Notes: generated by a model from the letters alone, not told the origin. A DNA stretch of 58,708 nt from Candidatus Pacearchaeota archaeon (GCA_018304145.1 JAGVWU010000006.1:1-58708); one strand, 5' to 3'; positions 24,960 to 33,312 are shown, numbered from the stretch's first letter. A program made the numbers and translations.

Positions 24960-26492
24960 ATGAATGAGAATAATGAGACTGAAAAAATACTTGAATCTTT
25001 AAGCCATAATGAAATCAAAATAATTCCATTTTTAAAAGAGCATGATTTAGCAAAAATAACTGAAAAATCAGGGCTTGATAATACTTCTGCATTAAGGGCT
25101 TTAGAATTTCTTTCTAATAAAAAAATTGTTGAATTAAAAACAAAAGAAGAAAAAGTTATTGAACTTGGATTAAATGGGATACTTTATATTAAGCATGGTT
25201 TGCCTGAAAGAAGATTAGCTAATCTTGTTTGCGAAAGAAATTCTATTTCATTAAGAGATGCACAAAAACAATCAGGGTTGATTGATAATGAGTTCAAGGC
25301 AGCTATAGGCGTTTTAAAAAAAAAAGCCATGATTAATGTAATAAATGGAAATCTTGTCATTGCTGCAAATAAAGAGGAAATAACATCAAAAACTCTTGAA
25401 GAAAAATTCTTAGAAACTATTCCTAAAAAACTTGGGGATTTAAAGCCAGAAGAAAAATATGCCTTGGATAATCTTAAATCAAGAAAAGAAATAATAGAAA
25501 TAAATGATAAAAAAACAATTGAAATTCAGCTGACAAAATTAGGCGAGCAATTAATAAAACATGATTTCTCTTATTTAAAGGGAATGGTTGAAGCAATAAT
25601 TCCTTCTTTAATACAATCTGGAAACTGGAAAGGAAAAAAATTTAGGAGATATGATATAAAAAGCCCTGTTCCAAGAATTTTTGGAGGAAAGAGACATTTT
25701 GTAAATCAGGCAACTGATTATGCAAAAAAAATTTGGCTGGAAATGGGATTCAAGGAAATGACCGGTAATATGGTTGTTTCAGGGTTCTGGAATTTTGATG
25801 CTCTTTTTACTGCACAGGACCATCCTGTAAGAGAAATGCAGGATACATTTTTTATCAAGGATAAAACAGCAAAACTTCCTGATAAAAAATTAGTTGATGA
25901 AGTAAAAAAAGCACATGAAGGAAAAATAAAAGGAAGCAAGGGCTGGAATTATGAATGGAGAGAAGAAGATGCAAAAAAAGTTCTTCTAAGAACTCATACA
26001 ACCTGTATTTCAGCTAAAACTTTAAAAAAAATAGCAGAAACCAAGGAATTTCCTGCAAAATATTTTGCATTGGGAAAATGTTTCAGGAATGAGACTGTAG
26101 ATGCAACCCATGGTTTTGAATTTAATCAAACAGAAGGGATTGTTATTGATGAAAATGCTAATTTCAGGCAATTGTTAGGATATTTAAAAGAATTTTTCAA
26201 GAAAATGGGCTATGATAAAATAAGAATGAGACCATCTTATTTTCCATATACTGAACCTAGCTTGGAAATAGATATTTTTCACCCTATTTTTAAAAAATGG
26301 GTTGAATTAGGAGGGGCTGGAATGTTTAGACCTGAAGTCACGATTCCATTTTTTGGAAAACATATTCCTATATTGGCCTGGGGGCCTGGTTTTGATAGAA
26401 TAATAATGGAGTTCTATGATATAAATGATTTAAGGGAAATGTATAAAAATGATTTAAATAAATCAAGGGAAATAAAGATGTGGGATAAGTAA
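24960..26492 (+). CDS. pheS: Phenylalanyl-tRNA synthetase alpha subunit (archaeal type)
   Basis: N-terminal winged-helix repeats. Class II core: FDALFTAQDHPVREMQDTFF, LLRTHTT, CFRNE, GFEFNQTEG, GAGMFRPEV, AWGPGFDRI. Confidence 0.9.
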   Translation: MNENNETEKILESLSHNEIKIIPFLKEHDLAKITEKSGLDNTSALRALEFLSNKKIVELKTKEEKVIELGLNGILYIKHGLPERRLANLVCERNSISLRDAQKQSGLIDNEFKAAIGVLKKKAMINVINGNLVIAANKEEITSKTLEEKFLETIPKKLGDLKPEEKYALDNLKSRKEIIEINDKKTIEIQLTKLGEQLIKHDFSYLKGMVEAIIPSLIQSGNWKGKKFRRYDIKSPVPRIFGGKRHFVNQATDYAKKIWLEMGFKEMTGNMVVSGFWNFDALFTAQDHPVREMQDTFFIKDKTAKLPDKKLVDEVKKAHEGKIKGSKGWNYEWREEDAKKVLLRTHTTCISAKTLKKIAETKEFPAKYFALGKCFRNETVDATHGFEFNQTEGIVIDENANFRQLLGYLKEFFKKMGYDKIRMRPSYFPYTEPSLEIDIFHPIFKKWVELGGAGMFRPEVTIPFFGKHIPILAWGPGFDRIIMEFYDINDLREMYKNDLNKSREIKMWDK

Positions 26493-26939
26493 ATGGAAAA
26501 TTGCATATTTTGTAAAATAATAAAAGAAGAAATACCTTCGGTTAAAATTTGGGAAGATAAAAATTTTATAGCAATATTAGATAAGTTTCCAAATACCCAA
26601 GGAATGACTTTAGTGATTCCAAAGAAACATTTTGATTCCTATGTTTTTGATATGAATGATAATGATTATAAAGAATTAATGATAGCTGCAAAAAAAGTAG
26701 CAAAATTGTTAGATAAAAAATTAAAAGTTAAAAGAACAGCTCTTGTTATGGAAGGTTTAGGAGTAAATCATGCACATATTAAATTATACCCTATTTATAG
26801 GCTTGATGAAAAATTTAAAGAAACTTGGCCAAAAGATAAAATATTTTTTGAAAAATATGAGGGTTATATTTCAACACAATTAGGGCCTGAAATGTCAATA
26901 GAACAATTAAATAAAATAGCTGAGGAGATAAGAGAATAA
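26493..26939 (+). CDS. HIT-family nucleotide hydrolase (triad reads HAHIK)
   Basis: CIFCKII...IPKKHF...NHAHIKLYP. The third His of HxHxH is Lys. The gene starts immediately after the pheS stop. Confidence 0.7.
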   Translation: MENCIFCKIIKEEIPSVKIWEDKNFIAILDKFPNTQGMTLVIPKKHFDSYVFDMNDNDYKELMIAAKKVAKLLDKKLKVKRTALVMEGLGVNHAHIKLYPIYRLDEKFKETWPKDKIFFEKYEGYISTQLGPEMSIEQLNKIAEEIRE

Positions 26940-26940
26940 A

Positions 26941-27045
26941 ATGAAAAATAAAGCAAAAATAAGCATAGGGAATATATTATTCTGGTTGTTAATAATAATT
27001 TTGTTAATATTATCGGTTTATGCATTATTCAGGAGTCAAATATGA
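26941..27045 (+). CDS. Possible small TM protein (34 aa, not in ORF track)
   Basis: Hand translation gives MKNKAKISIGNILFWLLIIILLILSVYALFRSQI. ATGA overlap with the next ORF. Confidence 0.3.
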   Translation: MKNKAKISIGNILFWLLIIILLILSVYALFRSQI

Positions 27046-27353
27046 TAAAAATAACAATTGAAGATATTGTATTTTGGATATTTATATTGATTATAATTGG
27101 AACTGCTTTATGGCTTCTCCATGGTTCTCCTCCTGAAATGGATGCTATAATTGCAATAGGAATTGCTGTTGCAGGTTCTGAATTATTAATATGGAAAACT
27201 ATATTTAATAATCACAAAAAAACTTCTTTAAAATTATCTGAGATGGATAAAAAAACAGCATTAAGTTTCCTTAAAATTAAAAATGAAATGAATAATAGAT
27301 TTGATAAAATTGAAGAAAAATTAAATTTAATAAATAATAAACTAAAAAGATAG
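27042..27353 (+). CDS. Small membrane protein with coiled-coil tail
   Basis: Two TM helices followed by a charged helix. Confidence 0.5.
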   Translation: MIKITIEDIVFWIFILIIIGTALWLLHGSPPEMDAIIAIGIAVAGSELLIWKTIFNNHKKTSLKLSEMDKKTALSFLKIKNEMNNRFDKIEEKLNLINNKLKR

Positions 27354-27354
27354 T

Positions 27355-27615
27355 ATGGAAATTCATAAAAAAACATGGCCGGAATATTTTAAGATGATAT
27401 TAGATGGAAAAAAGAATTTTGAATTAAGATTAGCTGATTTTGATATAAATGAAGGAGATGATTTAATATTAGAAGAATATGATTTAAAAACAAAGAAATA
27501 TACTGGAAGGAAAATAAAGAAAAAAGCATGGAATATAATCAAAGTAAATCCAACTCAAATGAATGATATAGATGATATTAAAAAATTTGGGTTTTATATT
27601 ATTGAGATAAAATAA
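27355..27615 (+). CDS. ASCH/PUA-like DUF3850-type protein
   Basis: HKKTWPEYFKMILDGKKNFELRLADFDINEGDDLILEEY...YTGRKI matches the DUF3850 pattern from memory. Confidence 0.55.
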   Translation: MEIHKKTWPEYFKMILDGKKNFELRLADFDINEGDDLILEEYDLKTKKYTGRKIKKKAWNIIKVNPTQMNDIDDIKKFGFYIIEIK

Positions 27616-27654
27616 TATGGTGGATAATAAATTAAAATTAAGGTGGAATTTAAA

Positions 27655-29385
27655 ATGACTATTTTAACATTAAACCGCAAAGAACTTGAAGAAAAAATAG
27701 GCAAGATAACTCCAAAGATGGAGGAAAAACTGAATATGCTTGGAATGCCCATTGAAAGTCTTACTGATGAGGAATTTTCAGTTGATATTACTGCAAATCG
27801 TCCGGATTTATTATCCTTGCAGGGTTATTCCAGAGCAGTTCTTGCTTTTTTGGATAAAAAAACAGGATTGAAAGAATACAAAGTTGAAAAACCTGAAAAA
27901 GATTATTCTGTTATTATAGACAAGTCTGTAAAAAAAGTGCGTCCTTTTACTGTTTGTGCAATTATTAAAAATCTTAAATTTAGTGATGAAAAAATAAGAG
28001 AAATAATTGATATTCAGGAAAAACTTCATTTAGGTTATGGAAGAAACAGAAAGAAACTTGCAATTGGAGTTTATCCTTTGGAGCAGATTAAATTACCTAT
28101 TAGATATCTTGCGAAAAAACCAGAGGACATTAAATTCCAGCCATTGGAATTTCCAAGAGAAATTAATGGAAGGCAGATACTTTCTCAGCATCCTACTGGG
28201 AGAGAATATGGAAAATTATTGCAGGATGAAGAAGTCTTTCCAATTTTTATTGATGCAAATGATGAAATTCTTTCAATGCCTCCTATAATTAATTCTCATA
28301 AAACTGGAAAAATTAATTTAGACACTAAAGAGGTTTTTATTGAATGTTCTGGATTTAATTTAGATTATTTAAAGAAAACATTGAATATGATTGTTTGTGC
28401 TTTGGCTGATATGGGTGGAAAGGTTTATGCAATGGAAATTCATGATTCAGATAAGAAAGAACTTTCTCCAAATTTAGAACCTGAAAAAATGCATTTTTCA
28501 ATTGAAAATGTTAGCAAATTAATTGGAATTGATTTAAATGAAAAAGAAATCAAGGATTACTTGAAGAAAATGGGTTTAGGTTATCAAAAAAACGATGCCA
28601 AAGTATCTCGTTTTTTGGATGCTCGAGAATCACAACACTCTAAAGAGTGTGGTTTTCAAGATTCTCGACATGAAAAAAATACTGCATTTATTCCTTGTTA
28701 TAGAACAGATATGCTTCATGAAGTTGATATTGCAGAGGATATTGCAATTGCCTATGGATATGAAAATCTTGTTCCAGAACTTCCTGAGATTTCAACAATA
28801 GGAGAAGAAGATAATATGGCTGTTAAAAAAAGAAAAATTGCAGAAATTTTAATTGGCTTGGGGTTATTGGAAGTTTCAACCTATCATCTTTCAACAAAAG
28901 AAAAACAATTCAAGAATATTGGAATCAAGGAATTCAGGGATGAGATGATTGAAGTTATTGATTCAAAAACAGAAAATAATATTCTAAGAAATTCTTTACT
29001 TGCTAATTCAATAGCAGTTTTAAACGATAATCTTGATTCTGCATATCCTCAAAAAATCTTTGAATTAGGAAGAATCTTTTACCATGATAAAGATTCTGAA
29101 ACTGAAATCGGAGAAAAGGAAAAACTTTGCATTTCTCTTTGCCATGAAAAGGCTAATTTCACTGAAATAAAGCAAGTCTTGGATTATTTAATCAAAATGC
29201 TTAATTTGAAATATGAAATAAAAGAATTTTCTCACCCTTCTTTTATTGAAGGACGGTGCGGTGAGATAATTGTTAAAAACAAGTCTCTGGGATTTATTGG
29301 AGAAATTCATCCATGCATATTAAAGAACAATAAGATAATGATGCCTGTCTCCAGTCTAGAAATTGATATTGAAAAACTGTTTTAG
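27655..29385 (+). CDS. pheT: Phenylalanyl-tRNA synthetase beta subunit (archaeal type) with an internal palindromic insertion
   Basis: MTILTLNRKELEE, ITANRPDLLS, B3/4 and B5 domains, YRTDMLHEVDIAEDIAIAYGYENL. AAGGTGG Shine-Dalgarno upstream of ATG 27655. Confidence 0.9.
   Translation: MTILTLNRKELEEKIGKITPKMEEKLNMLGMPIESLTDEEFSVDITANRPDLLSLQGYSRAVLAFLDKKTGLKEYKVEKPEKDYSVIIDKSVKKVRPFTVCAIIKNLKFSDEKIREIIDIQEKLHLGYGRNRKKLAIGVYPLEQIKLPIRYLAKKPEDIKFQPLEFPREINGRQILSQHPTGREYGKLLQDEEVFPIFIDANDEILSMPPIINSHKTGKINLDTKEVFIECSGFNLDYLKKTLNMIVCALADMGGKVYAMEIHDSDKKELSPNLEPEKMHFSIENVSKLIGIDLNEKEIKDYLKKMGLGYQKNDAKVSRFLDARESQHSKECGFQDSRHEKNTAFIPCYRTDMLHEVDIAEDIAIAYGYENLVPELPEISTIGEEDNMAVKKRKIAEILIGLGLLEVSTYHLSTKEKQFKNIGIKEFRDEMIEVIDSKTENNILRNSLLANSIAVLNDNLDSAYPQKIFELGRIFYHDKDSETEIGEKEKLCISLCHEKANFTEIKQVLDYLIKMLNLKYEIKEFSHPSFIEGRCGEIIVKNKSLGFIGEIHPCILKNNKIMMPVSSLEIDIEKLF
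28611..28679. repeat. 69-nt imperfect palindrome inside the pheT reading frame
   Basis: Apical stem acaacactc / gagtgtggt with taaa loop. Middle stem tcgagaatc / gattctcga (9 bp). Basal stem atg / cat, with the T-run 28611-28616 opposite the A-run 28673-28679. It encodes about 23 extra residues (SRFLDARESQHSKECGFQDSRHE) where archaeal PheT normally runs straight into the PxYR motif. Confidence 0.7.
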
Positions 29386-29409
29386 TAAGAAAAATAAATT
29401 CTATTGTTT

Positions 29410-29697
29410 TTAATGACTACTAGTTTTATAACCTTCATTAAAGTGTATTAATTGCTGTAATCTTCTTTCTTCAGCATTTTTTTCTGCTAAATAAAAATAA
29501 TCAATAGAAGGCTTTCTTTTATCAAATTCTTTTTCAGCTTTTCCATATAACAAATAAGTAGGACCTGATGGATTTAATATTGGAATCCTTGGAAGAACAG
29601 GAATAGCTTGTTGTGGATGAAAAGATTCCCACCCGCCTTGAATATCAGGAACTTTTTCCAAATATTTATCAATTGTTTTTCTAGTAACAAATCTCAT
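29410..29697 (-). CDS. Hypothetical protein (95 aa)
   Basis: ORF with TTTATAAA 25.5 nt upstream. Confidence 0.5.
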   Translation of the reverse strand: MRFVTRKTIDKYLEKVPDIQGGWESFHPQQAIPVLPRIPILNPSGPTYLLYGKAEKEFDKRKPSIDYFYLAEKNAEERRLQQLIHFNEGYKTSSH

Positions 29698-29718
29698 GCT
29701 AAATAGATATTAATAGAA

Positions 29719-29726
29719 TTTATAAA
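29719..29726 (-). promoter_or_regulatory. TATA box (TTTATAAA) for ORF 29410..29697
   Basis: Box centre is 25.5 nt from ATG 29697. Confidence 0.5.
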
Positions 29727-29755
29727 TTTTTATATACAAAATATTTAAGTTATTT

Positions 29756-30325
29756 TTATCCAAAATAACTTCCATTGTTCTCTTTTCTTCTATCATTATC
29801 ACCATTTTCTAATTTTTTGATGATTTTTAAAAAATCTCCTTTGATTTCATCATTAAAAATGTCATAAATTTTTTTAATAAATTCTGCTTCTTTTTCTTCT
29901 GAATAATCCAATTCAAGAGCTATTATTTCAATTTCGAAATTTCCAAGAATATCATATACTTTTGTTAGAAATTCTTTATCTTCACTTTCCAATTTTTTTA
30001 CAAGCTTAAAAAAAAAGATAGGAGCATTGCTCGGATTTAAAAGAGTTTCAATAAATCTTAAATAACCAGATGTTTTTTCAGATATTGTTCTTCTTATTTT
30101 TCTTAAAAGATAATCTGTTTCTTCATCAATTTCTTCTATATCAAATAATTTGTTCAGTTCAGAAAATTCAGGAAGGTTATATTTATGCTTGAAAGTTTCA
30201 TATTCTTTTTTTAATTTTTTAATATCAAATTCTTCTTTTTCCATTTTATTGTTTATAACCTCTTGATTGAAAAAAAGACCCTTTATAAACTTAATTAGAG
30301 GTGAATAATTCCTATTGAAAAACAT
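29756..30325 (-). CDS. Hypothetical acidic coiled-coil protein
   Basis: Long ORF. The start may be the internal ATG at 30244 (MEKEEFD). Confidence 0.5.
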   Translation of the reverse strand: MFFNRNYSPLIKFIKGLFFNQEVINNKMEKEEFDIKKLKKEYETFKHKYNLPEFSELNKLFDIEEIDEETDYLLRKIRRTISEKTSGYLRFIETLLNPSNAPIFFFKLVKKLESEDKEFLTKVYDILGNFEIEIIALELDYSEEKEAEFIKKIYDIFNDEIKGDFLKIIKKLENGDNDRRKENNGSYFG

Positions 30326-30390
30326 TTAAAAAGCAAATTCTTCTCTAATTTTTAGAGTTAGATTAGATAACTATTTACTAACTTTAAAAA

Positions 30391-30463
30391 GCCCCTGTAG
30401 TGTAGAGGTCAAGCATAGAGCCCTTTCAAGGCTTTGACCCGGGTTCGAATCCCGGCAGGGGCA
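30391..30463 (+). tRNA. tRNA-Glu (anticodon UUC)
   Basis: Acceptor GCCCCTG/CAGGGGC, anticodon stem GAGCC/GGCTT, loop CTTTCAA, T arm CCGGG-TTCGAAT-CCCGG. Confidence 0.85.
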
Positions 30464-30537
30464 TTTATGCGTAAAATGTGATATGCCTCTATTGGAGGCT
30501 ATCTATTTGTTATAAACCTGCAAATTATAATTAAAAC

Positions 30538-30762
30538 ATGGTTACAGAGGTGTTTAATAAAATAGGTGAAGCAGAGTTGCATTCAGAGAGTTCTAATTTT
30601 TATAGACAACAGAGAGAAGATGATTTTGAGCCTGTTAATAAAGTTGAATCCGCATCCAAGCCGCTTGCTGATGCAAAGAAAGAATTTTTTGAACATCTTG
30701 AAGATGATTCATTAACAATTGATACTTGTGAGAATGTAAATCGCGATTGGAAAAGAAAATAA
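30538..30762 (+). CDS. Hypothetical acidic protein (74 aa)
   Basis: ORF only. Confidence 0.4.
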   Translation: MVTEVFNKIGEAELHSESSNFYRQQREDDFEPVNKVESASKPLADAKKEFFEHLEDDSLTIDTCENVNRDWKRK

Positions 30763-30764
30763 GA

Positions 30765-31139
30765 TTATAAATTTATTTTTTCAGCCCAATATCTGATAAT
30801 AGGTATGGTTTTTTCTTTTCCTGAAAGGGCATATATCCAGCTCAAGAACCAGGCAATAAATATTAATATGAACAGTGCCCCATAAATTATTGTTCCAATT
30901 ATTGGCAGGAATTTAATTGCATTTCCTAGAATTCCTGCTATTGCACCGATTACAAAAATAACCAAACTTTGTTTTGCATAGAATATAACATATTTATCGT
31001 CTTTTTTAAGGATTAATGCTATAAGAAAACCAATTATGCTTAAGAAAGCTGCTAAAAAAGCAAATATTATTTTATCATCAGAATTATTATTTTTTTGAAC
31101 TTTTTTTTCAGTTTCTTTCTTCCTCTTTTTTTGTGCCAT
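30765..31139 (-). CDS. Small integral membrane protein (3 TM)
   Basis: Basic N-terminus followed by three hydrophobic helices. Confidence 0.55.
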   Translation of the reverse strand: MAQKKRKKETEKKVQKNNNSDDKIIFAFLAAFLSIIGFLIALILKKDDKYVIFYAKQSLVIFVIGAIAGILGNAIKFLPIIGTIIYGALFILIFIAWFLSWIYALSGKEKTIPIIRYWAEKINL

Positions 31140-31162
31140 ATATTATAATATATACTTTAGAG

Positions 31163-31170
31163 TTTATAAA
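31163..31170 (-). promoter_or_regulatory. TATA box (TTTATAAA) for ORF 30765..31139
   Basis: Box centre is 27.5 nt from ATG 31139. Confidence 0.45.
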
Positions 31171-31224
31171 TGTTATTTGTTGAGTACTAGAAAAATTTAA
31201 AAAATGTTTATTTGAAGTTATTGA

Positions 31225-31728
31225 ATGATGAACCAGACTTATAGAGATTTATCAAGAATTTTTTATAGAAATGTTTGTGAAGAAATTTCTAGTAGGGAGT
31301 ATATAAATTTAAGAGGACCTAATAGCAAGGAAAGAGTTAAGGAAAGTTTTCTTGAGAGTAAATTTAAAATATCTTTATTTGCAAGGCCTCCTTTAGCATT
31401 GGGCATGGGTTCCAGTAGTATTTTGCCTGGACGAACTCAGGTTTTATTCTATGCGCATGGAGAAATGAGAGACCCTCAAACCTATGAAGAAGGCTTTAAA
31501 TTAGCTGATAAAGATTTTTTTAGGGCAGTTGTTCGCGACCCTATTTCAAATATGTTTCCTTTTCATATTGCTTTAATTGAGAAATTAAAAATATGCAGTT
31601 TTTTAAGAGAATCTTTATTAGATGGAAATTATGAAGAATTTGTGAGAGATTTTTTAGTCGTATCTGATTCATTTATTGGCAGATTCAGGGCTACTTATGA
31701 AAGAAGGTTTGGAAGAATTCAAAAATGA
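31225..31728 (+). CDS. Hypothetical protein (167 aa)
   Basis: Clean ORF, Arg/Phe-rich, not low-complexity. Its stop lies 5 nt before the duplicated tRNA 3' fragment. Confidence 0.5.
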   Translation: MMNQTYRDLSRIFYRNVCEEISSREYINLRGPNSKERVKESFLESKFKISLFARPPLALGMGSSSILPGRTQVLFYAHGEMRDPQTYEEGFKLADKDFFRAVVRDPISNMFPFHIALIEKLKICSFLRESLLDGNYEEFVRDFLVVSDSFIGRFRATYERRFGRIQK

Positions 31729-31732
31729 ATTG

Positions 31733-31747
31733 CATGAGCCCACCAAG
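31733..31747 (-). repeat. 15-nt direct duplicate of the 3' end of tRNA-Ile (CTTGGTGGGCTCATG on minus strand)
   Basis: Identical to 31860-31874, which covers the T-stem 3' strand, acceptor 3' strand, discriminator and 2 more nt of the tRNA gene. Confidence 0.8.
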
Positions 31748-31861
31748 CGCTCAACAATTTCTTACGAAATTCTTGGCGACTTTAACTCTCTTCTATCAAG
31801 TTAAAGTATTTGAAAATCTTGGTGATAATAAAAATAATATTGCTTTTGGCAATATCATCCA

Positions 31862-32036
31862 TGAGCCCACCAAGATTTGAACTTGGGACCCCCGCCTTTC
31901 TTAGCTATTTTGCTTAGAAAATAAATTTCTAGCGAAACCTTCAAATCGTGAGATTTGAATGGTCCAGAGAAAATCAAATTTTCTCTGAATCTATTCTTAT
32001 AAGAGCGGTGCTCTAACCGGGCTGAGCTATGGGCTC
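31862..32036 (-). tRNA. tRNA-Ile (anticodon UAU) with a 100-nt intron at the canonical 37/38 position
   Basis: Exon 1 is 32036-31998: GAGCCCA TA GCTC AGCCCGGTTA GAGC A CCGCT CTTATA. Exon 2 is 31897-31862: A GGCGG GGGTC CCAAG TTCAAAT CTTGG TGGGCTC A. The intron is 31997-31898. A central 4-bp helix CUUA/UAAG is flanked by 3-nt bulges UAA and AAA, consistent with a (relaxed) BHB. Confidence 0.75.
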
Positions 32037-32199
32037 ACTTCTCAATAAAAATTAGAATAAGAAGGTTTTAAAACTTTCTAAATCTGGTTTTTAAAGGGTA
32101 AAGAATTTTATAAAATTCTTTAGATTTGTTGGTTTTGGGTTTATCATATAAATATTTTTAAATCAGGATTATTATTTTAAGTTTAAAAAGAGTGTTAAA

Positions 32200-33312
32200 A
32201 TGATAATCGGACTAACAGGAAGGATTGCAGCTGGAAAAGAAACATTGACTCAATTTCTAAGAGATAAAGGATTTGTTTATCTTGAAAGTTCAAAACCCCT
32301 TAAAGATGAACTTGTTAAAAGAGACAAAGAAATAACAAGGGCAAATATGCAGGATTTAGGAGATGAGCTAAGAAGAAAATATGGAGCAGGAGCAATCATG
32401 AAATTGCTTCTTGAAATTGCTGATAAAGATAAAACTAAGAACTATATTTTTGACAGCTTAAGAAATGCAGGAGAGGCTGATTTTTTAAGAAAAAATGTCA
32501 AGGATTTCTTTTTAATTGGAGTGGATGCCCCTCAAAGATTAAGGTTTGAAAGGATAGTATCAAGAGGGAAACCAAGCGATCCAAAAATCTTGGAGGAATT
32601 CCTGGAAGTTGATAACAGGGATTTTTTTGATGAAAAAAATCCGCTTGGACAGCAGGTTGGAAAAGTGATGGAAAAAGCTGATTTTATAATTATGAATGAT
32701 GGTGATTTAGAGAAATCTATGAAGAGGATTAAAGAGATTTGGAGAGAAATAGAGAAGAAGATGAATAAAATAGAAAGAGTTTCAATTTTTGTTGATGGGA
32801 GGAATTTTTATCATAGTACAAAAAAGTTTAAGAAACAAAATTTTGATATAAAATTTCAAGATATTGTTCAGGATTTGGTAGGAAATAGACAATTGATTCA
32901 TGTTTATTATTATAATGCTTTGTTAGATAAAGAGCAAAATTCAGAGACTTATAGAATCCATAATGAATTTCTTGATATTCTAAAAAAGATTCCAAAATTT
33001 AAAATTATTCTATGTGATGTCAGAAAAACAAAAAAAGAAAATGGAGATTTTTCATATGAAGTAAAAGGAGATGATATATATTTAGCCCATGATCTTTTGA
33101 TAGGAGCTTTTGATAATCTATACGATATTGCAATTATCATAAGTGGTGATGCTGATTTTATCCCAGTGATAAATACTTTAAGAAAAAGATTTAAGAAGCT
33201 AGTTGGAAATGGTTTCTTTAGAAGAACTTCTTCATATAAATTAAGACAATCTTGTGATTTTTCAATAAATCTTAGTAAAATAATTAAAAAATTAAACAAG
33301 AAAAATCAATAA
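32200..33312 (+). CDS. Fusion protein: P-loop nucleotide kinase (CoaE/UPF0200-like) plus NYN/LabA-type ribonuclease domain
   Basis: N-terminus IIGLTGRIAAGKET (Walker A) with a kinase-like lid. C-terminus VSIFVDGRNFYH...IIISGDADFIPVINTLRK is typical of NYN (DUF88/LabA). Confidence 0.65.
   Translation: MIIGLTGRIAAGKETLTQFLRDKGFVYLESSKPLKDELVKRDKEITRANMQDLGDELRRKYGAGAIMKLLLEIADKDKTKNYIFDSLRNAGEADFLRKNVKDFFLIGVDAPQRLRFERIVSRGKPSDPKILEEFLEVDNRDFFDEKNPLGQQVGKVMEKADFIIMNDGDLEKSMKRIKEIWREIEKKMNKIERVSIFVDGRNFYHSTKKFKKQNFDIKFQDIVQDLVGNRQLIHVYYYNALLDKEQNSETYRIHNEFLDILKKIPKFKIILCDVRKTKKENGDFSYEVKGDDIYLAHDLLIGAFDNLYDIAIIISGDADFIPVINTLRKRFKKLVGNGFFRRTSSYKLRQSCDFSINLSKIIKKLNKKNQ

Noticed and set aside
28611-28679. 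Possibility that the pheT palindrome is a bulge-helix-bulge mRNA intron
   Set aside because: The fold has no pair of 3-nt bulges separated by a 4-bp helix. The element is open in frame and a multiple of three, so a translated insertion is more parsimonious.
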